Assembly (NCBI RefSeq): GCF_963921235.1
Contig: NC_086129.1
Span: forward strand, 23,808,001-23,872,000
Reading direction: 5' to 3'
Length of the DNA stretch: 64,000 nt
Source: Mobula hypostoma
Lineage: Eukaryota
Shown: positions 50,770-63,620 of the stretch, piece after piece
Layout: each line of letters starts with the position of its first letter
Numbering within the stretch: the first letter of the stretch is position 1
Notes under the pieces: model-generated
What the model was told of the DNA's origin: nothing
Database searches by the model: none
Seen by the model: only the letters and a program-made list of their open reading frames with translations
Made by a program: the position numbers and the translations under genes

Positions 50770-53700
50770 CCTAGATCCTTCTGTTCTACTGCATTCTTCA
50801 ATGCCCTACCATTTACCATTTATCAAGTTGTACCTGGTTTTCTTGCACAGACTTGGGTTACCAGACTCAAATGCCACAGACCTAGCCCTCAGCAGAAGGT
50901 TAACCTTGTAGTTCATCCACAGCTTTTGATTTGGGAAAGTACAACAAGTTTTCATGGGCACACACTCAACCACACCGGTTTTAGTGATGTTGCTAAGAAC
51001 TATGGCATACTTATCCAGATTGGAAGATGAATGCCAGTCCACTGATTCAAAGCAGTGTTATAAGTGCTCCTGTGCTTCCCTTGTCCCTACCTTCTTGGTC
51101 CTCACTACTGGTGCTGCAGTCTTCAGTCTTTGCCTATACTCAGGGAATAGAAGCACAGCCAGGTGATCAGACTTATCAGTCTTTCTGAAGTGTGGGCGTG
51201 GGATAGCGCGATAAACACTATTGATAGTGGTGTAACAGTGGTCCAGTGTGTTGGTTCCTCTGCTACTACAAGTGATTTATTGATGATAATTATTTAGTGG
51301 CTTTATCAAGGTGGAAAGTTACAGGAAAGATACTAGCATGGACGGAAGATTGAGTGACTGGCAGGAGGCAAAGTACGGGAGTAAAGGGGGCCTTTTCTGG
51401 TTAGCTGCCAGTGACTAGTGGTGTTCTGTTACATTCAGTTTTGGGACCTCTTCTTTTCATGTAATATGACATCGTTTTGAATGATGGAATTGATGGGTTT
51501 ATCACTAAGTTTGTGGACAATACGAAGATAGGTGGAGGTGCAGATATTATTGAGGAAGCAGGGAGTCTGCAGAAGGACCTGGGCAGATTGGGAGAATGGG
51601 CAAAGTGGCACATGGAATATAGCGCAGGGAGATATATGGTCATGCAGTTTGGCGGAAAAAATAAAGGCATAGACTATTGTCTAAACGAGGAAGAAATTCA
51701 AAACGGACAGGTGCAAAGAGACTTTGCAGTCCTTGTGCAGAATTCCTTGAAGGTTAACTTGCAGGATGAGTCATTGGTAAGGAAGGCAAATGTAATGTTA
51801 ACATTCATTTCAAGAGGACTAGAATGTAAGAGCAAGGATATGATGCTGATGCTTTATAAGGCATTGGTCAAACCACACTTGGAGTATTTGAGCCCCCATC
51901 TAATCAAAGATGTGCTGGCCTTGAAGAGGTCCAGAGGAAGTTCACGAGAATTATTTTGTAATAGAGGGACGCCCATTTAGAACAGAAATGAGGTGGAATT
52001 TCTTTAGCCAGAGGATGGTGAATCTGTGGAATTCATTGCCATGGAAGGCTGTGGAAGTCATTGAGCATATTTAAAGCAGAGATTGATAGGTTCAAAGTTC
52101 AAAGTAAATTTATTATCAAAGTAGATATATGTCACCATATACAATCCTGAGATTCATTTTCCTGTGGGCATATTCAGTAAATCCATAATAGAATAATAAC
52201 TATAATAGAATCAATGAAAGATTGCACCAGCCTGGGTGTTCAACCAGCATGAAAAAGACAACAAGCTGTGCAGATACAAAAAGAAAGAAATAATAATAAC
52301 TAAATAAATAAACAATAAATATTGAGAACATGAGATGAAGAGTCCTTGAAGTTGAGTCCATAGGCTATGGGAACATTTCAATAATGGGGCAAATGAAGTT
52401 GAGTGAAGTTATCCCCTTTGGTTCAAGAGCCTGATGGTTAAGGGGTAATGACTGTTCCTGAACATTTCTTGTTGCAGGAAACATACAATTTCCCTGATTG
52501 AGGAAACATATAATTAGGCAAGAGGAAAGTTTAGGTAGGGCGTGATTGGCAAAGGCCCTTTCTGAGATGATGTTAAGGTGCTTTGGATGGTGAAATTCTT
52601 ACCTCTCGTCTGAGCTGATGAGCCAGTCAAGGTGCTGCATTGTCAGGTTGGTGCTGTAAAAGCTTAGAATGGTGATTCTAGATACTATATAATCCAAGAT
52701 GGCACCAAGCTGTGAACTCTGTTGAGTTGTGGCTCAGATTTGTTTTTTAAAGTTTGTAAGGATGGTGTTGGGGACAGAGAGTGGATTTACGGATCAGCTT
52801 AGGGTTTTTATTTTAATGTTACAGCACAGTACAGGCCCCTCGGCTCACAATGTTGCTCCAAAGGGCTTGTACTGTTTAGGGACAGGAATGAGGAATTAGA
52901 GATCAGGCCAGTCTAAGTCTCTGCTTCGCGTTCAAAGGCGAGTAATGTAGAGGTGATCGAATGTCAGATGCCGGGTTAGCAGAGAGTGGACAAGGGTCAT
53001 ACCCCTTCCCCCACCCCTTGTCAGCAGGTTCTGGAGTCGGATTTCCGTGCGGGCATGAGGAACAAGTTCCAATGACCAACAGTGTACGCAAGTTGAAGTG
53101 GCCGTAGTTCAAGGTCTAGTGTTCAGAGTCCCGTCATCAGTGAGTCCGGAGTTCAAGGCCCTGTGGTTGATGATTGGTGTGTCCTGGAATCGATGCCAAA
53201 GATCGAGGCCCAAGGGTGAACTGGAAGTCCAGAAGTCATGGCCCATTGGCCTGAGCTGAGTTTACAAATCTCTACGAGTCCACTGGAGGCTGGAGACCTT
53301 TTCTGTGGTTAAAGGACTGTGTATGTGCATGGGTGGGAGGGAGACCTGGCTTGTTTTGCTTGCTGTGTTCTGTGTTGTTCTGCCAGGCATTGTCGGCATG
53401 CTATGTTGGTGCTGGAATGTGTGGTGTCATTCGCGGGCTGTCCCAGCACACCCTCGGACGTGTTGGTTGTTATCGCAAACAACGTATGTATGTATGCTTC
53501 GATGTACACATGATAAATAAATTTTAATCTTCAATCTTGAATCTTGGTGGTGTGATGATTCTGTTATGTTTTCCTTGTAACAACCACAGTTGTATACTTC
53601 TGTTGCAGATAGGACTACTTTAAAACATGCCTGGGATATCTTGGTGTGCAAAGGATGTTGCCAGGTTAGGAAGTCAGAGAACCAGTCAATGCAAATTACT

Positions 53701-53970
53701 TTGGTGGCAACAGAGTCTACTAGTCTACCGTGAGATCTGCCGTAGCCTACTGGGATTGCCAGTTCAGCTGCCTTAACTCTGCCTCTGCGTCCGAAATATC
53801 GCAGCTTGCTTTTGCACTCTGGCTTCCCCACTCTGCTTAGCAGGACTTCACAAGCAGATGAATTCCCCTCTCCTTGGGAAGAGAGCATCCATGATGTGAC
53901 GTGTGCTTTGATGTGTGACAAAGCATGACATGTGGTCTGAAGTGATCGCGAAGCTACACTTACTGTTCTC

Positions 53971-54383
53971 AGCATAGTTTGAGAAAACTAATGAAATGTG
54001 GTCGGAGGATTAATCTCTTTCCAGTTCAGCAAAATGGATCTTCCAGCCATTAAAGTAAGAAATGCAATCATCTGACGAGCTGAAGAGGTTAAGTGATTTG
54101 ATTCTATCATTGGTCACCCAAAAATGGCAGTAATTGGGTGAGGTAAGTCTATATTCAAAACCATTGAAATAATATTAAAAATATCTTTCCAATATATTTT
54201 CAACAAAGGGCATGACCAAAACATGTGAGTTAAAGAAGCTATCTCGGAATGACATCTTTCTCATATAGGATTTATATAAGAGCAATAACGAGATAGTTTA
54301 TCTTTGAACATATGAACCCTGTGCACTACTTTAAATTGTATCAATGCATGATTAGCACATATAGAGGATGAGTTAACTAATTG
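53971..54383 (-). mobile_element. L1 ORF2 C-terminal fragment (remainder at 57109-57139)
   Basis: Minus strand reads SSSICANHALIQFKVVHRVH and ASLTHMFWSCP..YWKDIF. Confidence 0.65.
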
Positions 54384-57108
54384 GTTAGAGGGGGTGGGGT
54401 GGCTCTGTTGGTGAGGAATGATATTCAGTCCTTGCAAGGGGAGACATAGAATCAGGAGACATAGAGTCAGTATGGATAGAACTGAGAAATTCTAAGGGCA
54501 GAAAGACCCTAATGGAAGTTATCTAACGGCCCCCAAACAGTAGTCTGGATGTAGGGTGTAAGTTGAATCAAGAGTTAAAATTGGCATGTCGCAAAGGTAA
54601 TGCTACAGTTGTTATGGGGGACTTCAACATGCAGGTAGACTGGAGGAATCAGGTCGGTACTGGACCCCGAGAAAGGGAGTTTGTGGAGTCCCTCCGAGAT
54701 GGATTCTTAGAACAGCTTGTACTGGAGCCTACCAGAGAGAACACAATTCTAGATTTAGTGTTGTGTAATGAACCGGATTTGATAAGGGACCTCGAGATAA
54801 AGGAGCCATTAGGAGGTAGTGACCATAATATGATAAGTTTTAATCTATAATTTGAGAGGGAGAAGGGAAACTCGGAAGTGTGAGTATTACAGTTGAACAA
54901 AGGGAACTATGGTGCTATGAGGGAGGAGCTGGCCAAAGTTCAATGGAACAATACCCTAGCAGGGATGACGGTGGAAAAGCAATGGCAAGTGTTTCTGGGA
55001 ATAATGCGGAAGGTGCAGGATCAGTTTGTTCCAAAGAGGAAGAAAGATCCCAAGGAGAGTAAGGGGAGGCCGTGGCTGACAAGGGAAGTAATGGACAGTA
55101 TAAAAATAAAAGAGAAGAAGTATAACATAGCAAAGACGAGTGGGAAGCCAGAGGATTGGGAAACTTTTAAAGAGCGACAGAAGGTAACTAAAAAGGCAAT
55201 ACGCGGAGAAAAAATGAGGTACGAAGGTAAACTAGCCAAGAATATCAAGGAGGATAGTAAAAGCTTCTTTAGGTATGTGAAAAGGAAAAAAATAGTTAAG
55301 ACCAAAATTGGGCCCTTGAAGACAGAAGCGGGTGAATTTATTATGGAGAACAAGGAAATGGCAGGCGAGTTGAACAGGTACTTTGGATCTGTCTTCACTA
55401 GGGAAGACACAAACAATCTCCCAGATGTAATAGTGGCCAAAGGACCTAGGGTAATGGATGAATTGAAGAAAATTTATATTAGGCAGGAAATGGTGTTGAA
55501 TAGGCTGTTGGGTCTGAAGGCTGATAAGTCCCCGGGACCTGATGGTCTGCATCCCAGGGTACTTAAGGAGGTGGCTTTAGAAATGGTGGATGCATTGGTA
55601 ATCATTTTCCAATGTTCTATAGATTCAGGATCAGTTCTTGTGGATTGGAGGGTGGCTAATGTTGTCCCTCTCTTCAAGAAGGGAGGAAGAGAGAAAACAG
55701 GGAATTATAGACCGGTTAGCCTGACGTCGGTGGTGGGAAAGATGCTGGAGTCAATTATAAAAGATGAAATTATGACACATCTGGATATTAGTAACAGGAT
55801 TGGTCCGAGTCAGCATGGATTTACGAAGGGGAAATCGTGTTTGACTAATCTTCCGGAATTTTTTGAGGATGTAACTATGAAAATGGACAAGGGAGAGCCA
55901 GTGGATGTAGTGTACCTGGACTTTCAGAAAGCCTTTGATATAAATCCCACATAGGAGATTAGTGGGCAAAATTAGGGCACATGGTATTGGGGGCAGAGTA
56001 CTGACGTGGATTGAAAATTGGGTGGCTGACAGAAAACAAAGAGTAGCGATTAACAAGTCCCTTTCGGAATGGCAGGCGGTGACCAGTGGGGTACCATAGG
56101 GTTCAGTGCTGGGACTGCAGCTGTTTACAATATATATTAATGATTTAGATGAGGGAATTAAAAGTAACATTAGCAAATTTGCCGATGACACAAAGCTGGG
56201 TGGCAGTGTGAAATGTGAGGAGGATGTTATGAGAATGCAGGCTGACTTGGACAGGCTGGGTGAGTGGGCAGATGCATGGCAGATGCAGTCTAATGTGGAT
56301 AAATGTGAGGTTATCCACTTTGGTGGTAAGAACGGGAAGGCAGATTATTATCTAAATGGAGTCAAGTTAGGAAAAGGGGAAGCACAACACGATCTAGGTG
56401 TTCTTGTACATCAGTCACTAAAAGCAAGCATGCAAGTACAGCAGGCAGTGAAGAAAGCTGATGGCATGCTGGCCTTCATAACAAGGGGAATTGAGTATAA
56501 GAGCAAAGAGGTCCTTCTGCAGCTGTACAGGGCCCTGGTGAGACCCCACCTGGAGTACTGTGTGCATTTTTGGTCTCCAAATTTGAGGAAGGACATTCTT
56601 GCTATTGAGGGAGTGCAGCGTAGGTTCACAAGGTCAATTCCCGGGATGGCTGGACTGTCATATGTCGAAAGATTGGAGCGACTGGGCTTGTATACTCTGG
56701 AATTTAGAAGGCTGAGAGGGGATCTTATTGAAACATATAAGATTATTAAGGGATTGGACACCCTGGAGGCAGGAAGCATGTTCCTGCTGATGGGTGAGTC
56801 CAGAACCAGAGGCCACAGTTTAAGAATAAGGGGTAGGCCATTTAGTACGGAGTTGAGGAAAAACTTTTTCACACAGAGGGTTGTGGTTCTGTGAATGCTC
56901 TGCCTTAGAAAGCAGTGGAGGCCAATCCTCTGGATTCTTTCAAGAAAGAGTTAGATAGAGCTCTTAAAGATAGCGGAGTGAAGGGATATGGGGAGAAGGC
57001 AGGAAAAGGGTACTGATTGTGGATGATCAGCCATGATCACAGTGAATGGTGGTGCTGGCTCGAAGGGCCACATGGCCTACTCCTGCACCTATTGTCTATT
57101 GTCTATTG
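54384..57108 (+). mobile_element. Relatively young 5'-truncated CR1 (endonuclease end, RT, 3' UTR), only in copy 3
   Basis: ORFs 54563-54850 (VMGDFN, GSDH), 54893-55954 and 56106-56894 with few disruptions; (CTATTGT)n tail; splits an L1 fragment at ATTG. Confidence 0.93.
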
Positions 57109-57872
57109 AAGAATTTTTTTCCCATTTTTCAATGGGTACAGAGCAAAGAAAGTAGATATCAAGCCTGTGCTCGCTCTTTGAAAGAGTTGGCCAATATTTC
57201 AACTTGATCCATTTCCTTGCTGTTTCTTCATTGTGCTGTAATTGCTTCCTCCCCATGTCTATCCAAATCCCTATTGATAGTTGGCATTAAGTGTATCTGC
57301 CACATGCATTCCAGATAACATTGAAAATAAATTCTTTTCACGTTGCCTCTAACTCATTTGACAAATACCTTAAGTGAGCATGCAGTCAGTTTATTTACCA
57401 AGTCTTGATTTAATAGCTGTTTTGCAATGAGAACTTCAGGTGAGATGCTTTTCTTTAAACATTTGCAAACCATCATACTTGCATAGAGTGCAAATATTTG
57501 CCTTGCATTTAAAAGATGCATTTTAAAATTAATTTTTGCTGAGTTTCACAGACAATGATTGAAAATTAAAAAAAACACTGCAGAAGCTGAAAATGTGAAT
57601 TAATAACTGAAAATGCAGGAATCAGTCAGCAGGTCAGGCAGCATCAGTGGAATGGGAAATGGAGTCAATAGTTCATGTCAAAAACCCTTCACCGGGACTG
57701 GAAATGTGAGAAAACATAGTTTGAAGTTGCAGCGAGGATTGGGAGGAATAGGTAGGACAAAGGGAATATCTGTGACACTGAATAAACTATTCTTGGGCTT
57801 CCAGCCACGTACAAGAAGCCCACGAAGAGTTTATTTGTCGTATATGCCAGGAAAGCATTAGATCTTTTTTCA

Positions 57873-59720
57873 TTTGTGGCACCATTTTGTCGGTTGCTTC
57901 ATATTCACCACATCTGCTCCCAGGATGAGGCTTTCCTTTCCAGGACATCAGAGATGTCCTCCTTCTTCAAAGAGCAGGGTTTCCCTTCCTCCACTATTGA
58001 TGCTGCCCTCACCCACATGAGGGAACACTTCACCTGCAAATCGGTTTGGATCGTCTACTGCAGGGGTTCCAAACCTGGGGTCCATGAACCCCTTGGTTAA
58101 TGGTAGGGGTCCTGGGCATTAAAGAAGTCTACTGTATCCGTGCTTCTGAAATGGTATCCTCTATATTGGTGAGACCCAACATAGATTGGGGGCACCGCTT
58201 TCTTGAGCACCTTCATTCCACCTGCAACAAGCAGGGTTTCCCCGTGGCCAACCGTTCTGACATGTCTGTCCGCGGGATCCTGTACTGTCATGATGAGGCC
58301 CGTTATCAGGTTTGAGGAGCAACACTTCATATTTTGTCTGGGTAGTCCGCAACCTACTCACTGTGCTCACTCTACTCACTCTACACCTATGACTGTGAGG
58401 CTCAGTACGACTCCAAACCATATACAGGTTTGCTGATGATACCACTGTTGTGGGCTGTATCTAAGGGGGTGATGAATCAACACACAGGATTGAAAATTTG
58501 TCTGAGTGGTGTAATAACAACAACCTCTCAGTCAATGTCAATAAGACCAAGGAACTGATTGTAGACTTCAGGAAAGGGAAACCAGAGGCCGATGAGCCAG
58601 TAATCATCTGAGGATTAGAGGAGGAGAGGGTCAGTAACTCTAAGTTCCTGGGTGTCACTATCTCGGAGGACCTGTCCTAGACTCATCATATAAATGTTAT
58701 TGTAAAGCAAGCACGACAGCACCCCTACTTCCTCAGGAGTTTGTGGAGGTTTGGCATGTCGTCAAAAACATTGGCAAACTTCTATAGATGTGTGGTGGAA
58801 AGTGTGCTGACTGGCTGTATTACAGCCTGGTATGGGAACATGAATGCCTTTAATTTGGCCCAGTATATCTTGAGTAAAACCCTCCCAACCATTGAACACA
58901 TCTGCCATGAAACATTGCCGTAGAAAAGCAGCGTCTATTATCAAAGGTCCTTACTTCCTGCCATCAGGAGGGAAATACAGATTCCTCAGGACTTACACCT
59001 CCAGATTCAAGAACGGTTACTACCTCTCAACCATCAGGCTCTTGTACAAAAGGGGTATCTATATTCACTTAAATACTGATTTACGTTGTTATTTCATGCT
59101 CATTAATTATTGCTATTTATTTATATCTGCATTTGCACAGTTTGTTGTCCATTGATCCTGTTTTTACAGTTACTGTTTTATAGATTTGCTAAGTCTGCCC
59201 ACAGAAAAAAATAATCTTAGAGTTGTATGTGGTGACATGTATGTACTCCGATAATAAATTTTACTATGACCTTTTCAACTTTGAACCTGATGGCATGAAA
59301 ATAGGTTTCTCCAACATTCGGTAATTTTTCCCCTCCCTCTTCCCTCTCCCTTAATTCCCCACTCTTCCCCCAACCCCTTACCTTTTCTCTTCCCATGACC
59401 TCCCTATCATCTCCCCCTGGTGCCCTCCTTCCCTTTCTCCCATGTTCCTCTCTGCATTCCTATCAGACTCTCCTATCTCCATCTTCTCCAGACCCTTACC
59501 TTATCTACCTGTCACCTCCCAGCTACTTACTTCATAGCCCTCCCCCTCCCACCTGGTTTCACCTATGATCTTCTAGCCTTTTCTCATTCTCCTCCACTCC
59601 ACTTTCTTATTCTGGCTTCTTCTCCCTCCCTTTCCAGTCCCAATGAAGGGTCTCGGCCCAAAATGTCGGCTGTTTATTCATGTCCATAGATGCTGCCTGA
59701 CCTGCTGAGTTCCTCCAGCA
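57873..59720 (+). mobile_element. Penelope-like element in copy 3, interrupted by Rex1/Babar (~58358-59283), retaining a pyrimidine-rich 3' part and a degenerate hammerhead (~59635-59672)
   Basis: GIY-YIG motifs at 58020-58357; resumes with AACCTGATGGCATGAA at ~59284; CAGTC-CCAATGA-AGGGTCTCGGCCC-AAAATGTC-GGCTG. Confidence 0.6.
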
Positions 59721-61252
59721 TGAGTATCTAATCCATTTCTTCCTAACTTTGCTGAATTCAATTTCAAAACATGCCTCAGTGTATTGTGGACTTGAGCAGT
59801 TCCTCCCTGATTGCTTTACTCTGTCCTTTAAAGCTCACTAATATGGAGTTGGTGCACTTGCCAATTTGTTGGATTTTAGTGCCAGATTCTCTCAGTATAG
59901 TGGTTTCCATTTCATTTCATTCCTTGCTTTAGACTGAGTAAAGATTGCATACTTGGTGTGTTGTTTATAGTCTGTCATAAGCCCCGTCTTAATAAGATAA
60001 TCAAAATTCAGTTAAAAACCTGAAAGAGTATAGAATAATACAAATACATTCTCAGACTAAAAGTATAACTGATCATTCTTGCCTTTTCTGAAGGATGCGA
60101 ATCTGCCTGATGTTTGTTTTACGATGAATGATACTATCCAATCATACGTCATTTGCCCGAAAAGGTAAATTAACTATGTTGTAACAGTCATGATCTTCCC
60201 TCCCTCCTGGTCTTTGGTGAACTGACAGCCTTGTTCTTCTTCTTTTTTAGTTTAGTGGCGGTTGGCAACCAGTTTTCAGTGCATTACCGCCACCTGCTAG
60301 ACTTGGGGTGTTCCAACCAAGTATGTCCTGGAGTTCTCTACTTTAGACAATCTAGTTTAGCCTGCAGTTCTCTGTCAGCTTCACTCTGTAGTTGCAATTC
60401 CTCGTGACTGTTTAATGCGCTCATTAGATAATGCCGCAAACTGCTATTCTTCCCTAATTATGTCACGTTTTCGTGTAGTTGCATTACCTCAATTACATTG
60501 ATTTCATCTACATCACTTGTAAGACTAAAATCATCTTGTTAAAGAATAGTAATTATCGCACGTTATACTTTTAAACTTCTTGTTTTTCCAAGTCTATCTG
60601 CTTTTTCAGGTTTTCCTTTTCTTGGATCATAGCCTGCAGTTGTTTACTGAGACCTTGGAGTTCTTCTTCATTTGCTTCCATGTTTTCATTTTATAATCTG
60701 AATGTGGATAGTTCACTTTGCAACAAATTCCTTTTCTTTTTGTATCCTTGTAATAATTTGCTCCATTTTCCAATCTCTTTTCCAACTCACAGTTGTTCTT
60801 GTCGGGTGCATCTATTTGTTGTTGGAGTTCTGCACATTTAACCTGGGCTTCAACCATAAAATCTGAGGATTTTCCTTAAGTTCTGAAACATATTTCTTTC
60901 ATTCTTGACCATTTGCGATAAATATGTTGCCATTAAGATTCCATCTCCCCTGCCTGTGAACTGCTGGATTCTCCATTCAGCGTTTCTTTGACTTCCTTCC
61001 ACCTAATTCCTTTAATACCAAGATACTTTTCTGCAGACCGGACGATAATTTTAATCACACACCTTAAGCAGGTCTTGAGTTCATTGTGATGTTTGCTGAC
61101 ATCATGAAGTGTAACAATGGCATAGCATCATCAGATGTAACCTCTACAGGACTCCTTTGGGTACTGTATCAATAGCAGCCTAAATGTACGTAATAACCTG
61201 GTGGTTATTATACCTATCAATAGTTTGGTATCTCATCTGCGGATCGGAAGAC

Positions 61253-61765
61253 ATGAGCAAGACAACCACCAACCAAGACCTGGACTCCAAGGATCGCAGC
61301 AGTTCCAGGGTGATGCAGCCTCCAGGTGGTGAATCCAGTATCTCATTGGGGCTGGAGGAAAATGCCAAACCAGTGCATTCCCGTCCAAGCAAAACTGCAT
61401 CCAATATCTTTGGGCCACCATTGCAAAATCAACCTGTGGCTAGAAGAAGGAACCCGCCAGGTGGAAAAAGTAGTGGTATCTTTCAGGCAGCTACCACTGA
61501 AACACCTGATCTAAAGCAACGGAGAAATCCTCCTGCTGGCAAGACAAGTGGCATCTGTGACATTGTGGAAATACCTCCCAAAACTCCGGATATCGCAACT
61601 GGGGAAGGTGAAAATAGCCCAGGTTCCTCCGAAACTGAAAACCAAATGGAAGCCCAGGGAAAGAGAGGAGAGTGTGTGCCTGGGCCAGTAGAGTCTGCTC
61701 AAACTGAACCAGTAAGGCGCAAGAGAGTCCCACCTGGTGGATGGTCTACCATTGTGCTGGGGTAA
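61253..61765 (+). CDS. JPT1: Intronless Jupiter-family (JPT1/HN1-like) gene, copy 3, 170 aa, divergent
   Basis: Intact ORF with SSSRVMQPPGG, ASNIFG, NPPGGKSSGIF and PPGGWSTIVLG*; 18 aa differ from copy 1; AATAAA 61802-61807; upstream in-frame ATG at 61184. Confidence 0.85.
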   Translation: MSKTTTNQDLDSKDRSSSRVMQPPGGESSISLGLEENAKPVHSRPSKTASNIFGPPLQNQPVARRRNPPGGKSSGIFQAATTETPDLKQRRNPPAGKTSGICDIVEIPPKTPDIATGEGENSPGSSETENQMEAQGKRGECVPGPVESAQTEPVRRKRVPPGGWSTIVLG

Positions 61766-63620
61766 ATCCACTGTTCACCTCAGTGTATCAGCTGCAGACT
61801 GAATAAACATTGATTTTATTGTAACCTTAAAATTTGAGCGTCACCATTTTGTATTGGCACTTTACATTTGAATGGTCCATAGGTGCTCAAAACATGAGGC
61901 CTGCTGGAAAAGGCACGCGTCATTTATTCCCTGTGATGTGAAGTACTGAGTGTTTGTTTTTCTTGTGACTTCAGACTTAATTCTGGCATTTTTGACTTGG
62001 TATTTGGATGTGATTTGTGATTGGAAAAAAAAATTGGCATGCTCTGGGCTTTGATGATGCTGGACTTGTTGATTTTCTGTATTATTGGATGTTGGAATTC
62101 CCCAACATACTTTTAATACTCTTTTTTAAAATCTTACCCAGTATTATAAAAACTTTTCCAATGAATTTGTTAAACTTAAAGTTGCAGGAAATAAAGTTTA
62201 AAGAGAGTTGAAGGGAGTGTGGAAACCAAGGATTTGTCAAGTTGGAAGGAGCATGACAAACAACTCTGGTGATGCCAAATCATTGAGGTTTCCACATAAT
62301 TGGATGATGGATTACCGGAACTTTACTCTAATTTCAGTATCATGGCAAACTCATGTGTATCCCCAGCCCATTAAATACCGAATACAGAACTCTGAGCAAC
62401 ACTCCCTTTGCAAAGTTTAAATCTTTAATGGTTCGGTCAAGGGATGAAAGTTCCTCATGTTCATGCGAGGAACATGGGACTGTGAATGGAGCTCAGTTGC
62501 AAACTGAGTGACCTCAAAGTCAGGAGGAATTGTCTCTCTTCCTGTTTACCACACCAGATTAATTTCTGTTTGAGCAGCGTAAAGAATGGCCTCTTGGAGA
62601 ATTAGAATTAGATATTGCCACCATTTTGATGTGCTCCTTTTTGGTCCATTCTGATGACCCCATCAGTCCTTCTTCACTTAAACCTAGGACCCGATAGCCA
62701 GCTGCTTCTGACAGGAAATATCCTTTCTTGTCTTGTAGCACTGTGGTTTGCGCGAAGCTTCTACAGCTTAGGGTGTCAGAGTTTGGAGTTTAATTCCGAC
62801 ACCATTTGTAATGAGTTTGTACGTTCTCCCCGTGACCGCGTAGGTTTTGTCTGGGTGCTCTGGTTTACTCCCACAGTCCAAAGACCTACTGGTGAGTAGG
62901 TTAATTTGTCATTATAAATTGTCCTGTAATTAGGCTACTGTTAAATAGTTGGGTTGCTGGGTTGGGCTGCAAGGGCCTGTTCTGCGTTGTGTCTCTAAGA
63001 CAAATAAACTATAGAAATTTCCATAATTTTCCTGAGATGCAGGGGTCTGCAGGTGCTGGAAACTGGAGCAACACACACAAAAGCCAAAGGAACTCAGCAG
63101 GTCAGGGAGCACCAATGGAGGGAAGTGGACAGTCAATGTTTTGGGTTGAGAGCCTTTATCTGGACTGATAGTTTTCTCCTATTATGATAGAGCAAGGAGA
63201 ATCTTATACTACCCTTTGCACACAGAATCATTTCTTAACATCTCTCACGATAATGTGTCCAATTGTTACACTGTATCCATCCCAGACTTACAAATGTTAG
63301 CTATCGTTTCTCCCTATCTACTATGCCTGTTTTCCTAAGTATGTCAAATTAAGTGCCTGATCTTCTGGAAGTCCTGTTCACGTAATTGATCTGTGTAACT
63401 CAACTGTTGATCTGAGTACAAAGACATCTCACTCTGTGGAGGAGAAGTGAGCCAGAGGAGATTTAGATGTGCCTTACTATTTCCGAGCTATAGTGACATG
63501 ATTATACAAATAATTTATTCAGTGTATAAGTCAAAGAACCTGAAAATTGGAAATAATTTTCATCACAATTGTTTGTGTAGATTGGAAGCCTATGTTTTGC
63601 AATTTCCCTACCCTTAGATG

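Larger units (their letters stand above)
28903..50829 (+). repeat. Tandem segmental duplication unit, copy 2 (~21.9 kb)
   Basis: Colinear with copy 1 but lacks the equivalents of ~21035-26915 and ~27059-28003. Confidence 0.95.
49662..51318 (-). mobile_element. Rex1/Babar LINE remnant with nested CR1 (49944-50823) (copy 2/3 junction)
   Basis: Matches ~26915-27058, 28003-28143 and 28903-29391; CR1 flanked by CAAGTT at 49938-49943/50824-50829. Confidence 0.78.

Noticed and set aside
275-50829. Whole duplication as a pure assembly artefact
   Set aside because: Four unit junction regions have distinct insertions, deletions and multi-percent divergence in places. An artefact cannot be fully excluded for the near-identical 14-kb stretch of copies 1 and 2.
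54563-56894. Intact CR1 ORF2 or host RT gene
   Set aside because: 5'-truncated with in-frame stops and a frameshift near 55940.
59635-59672. Additional active hammerheads (also ~5595-5632, ~8865-8903, 11618-11645)
   Set aside because: Core nucleotides are mutated or missing (for example CCAAUGA, AAAAUGUC).
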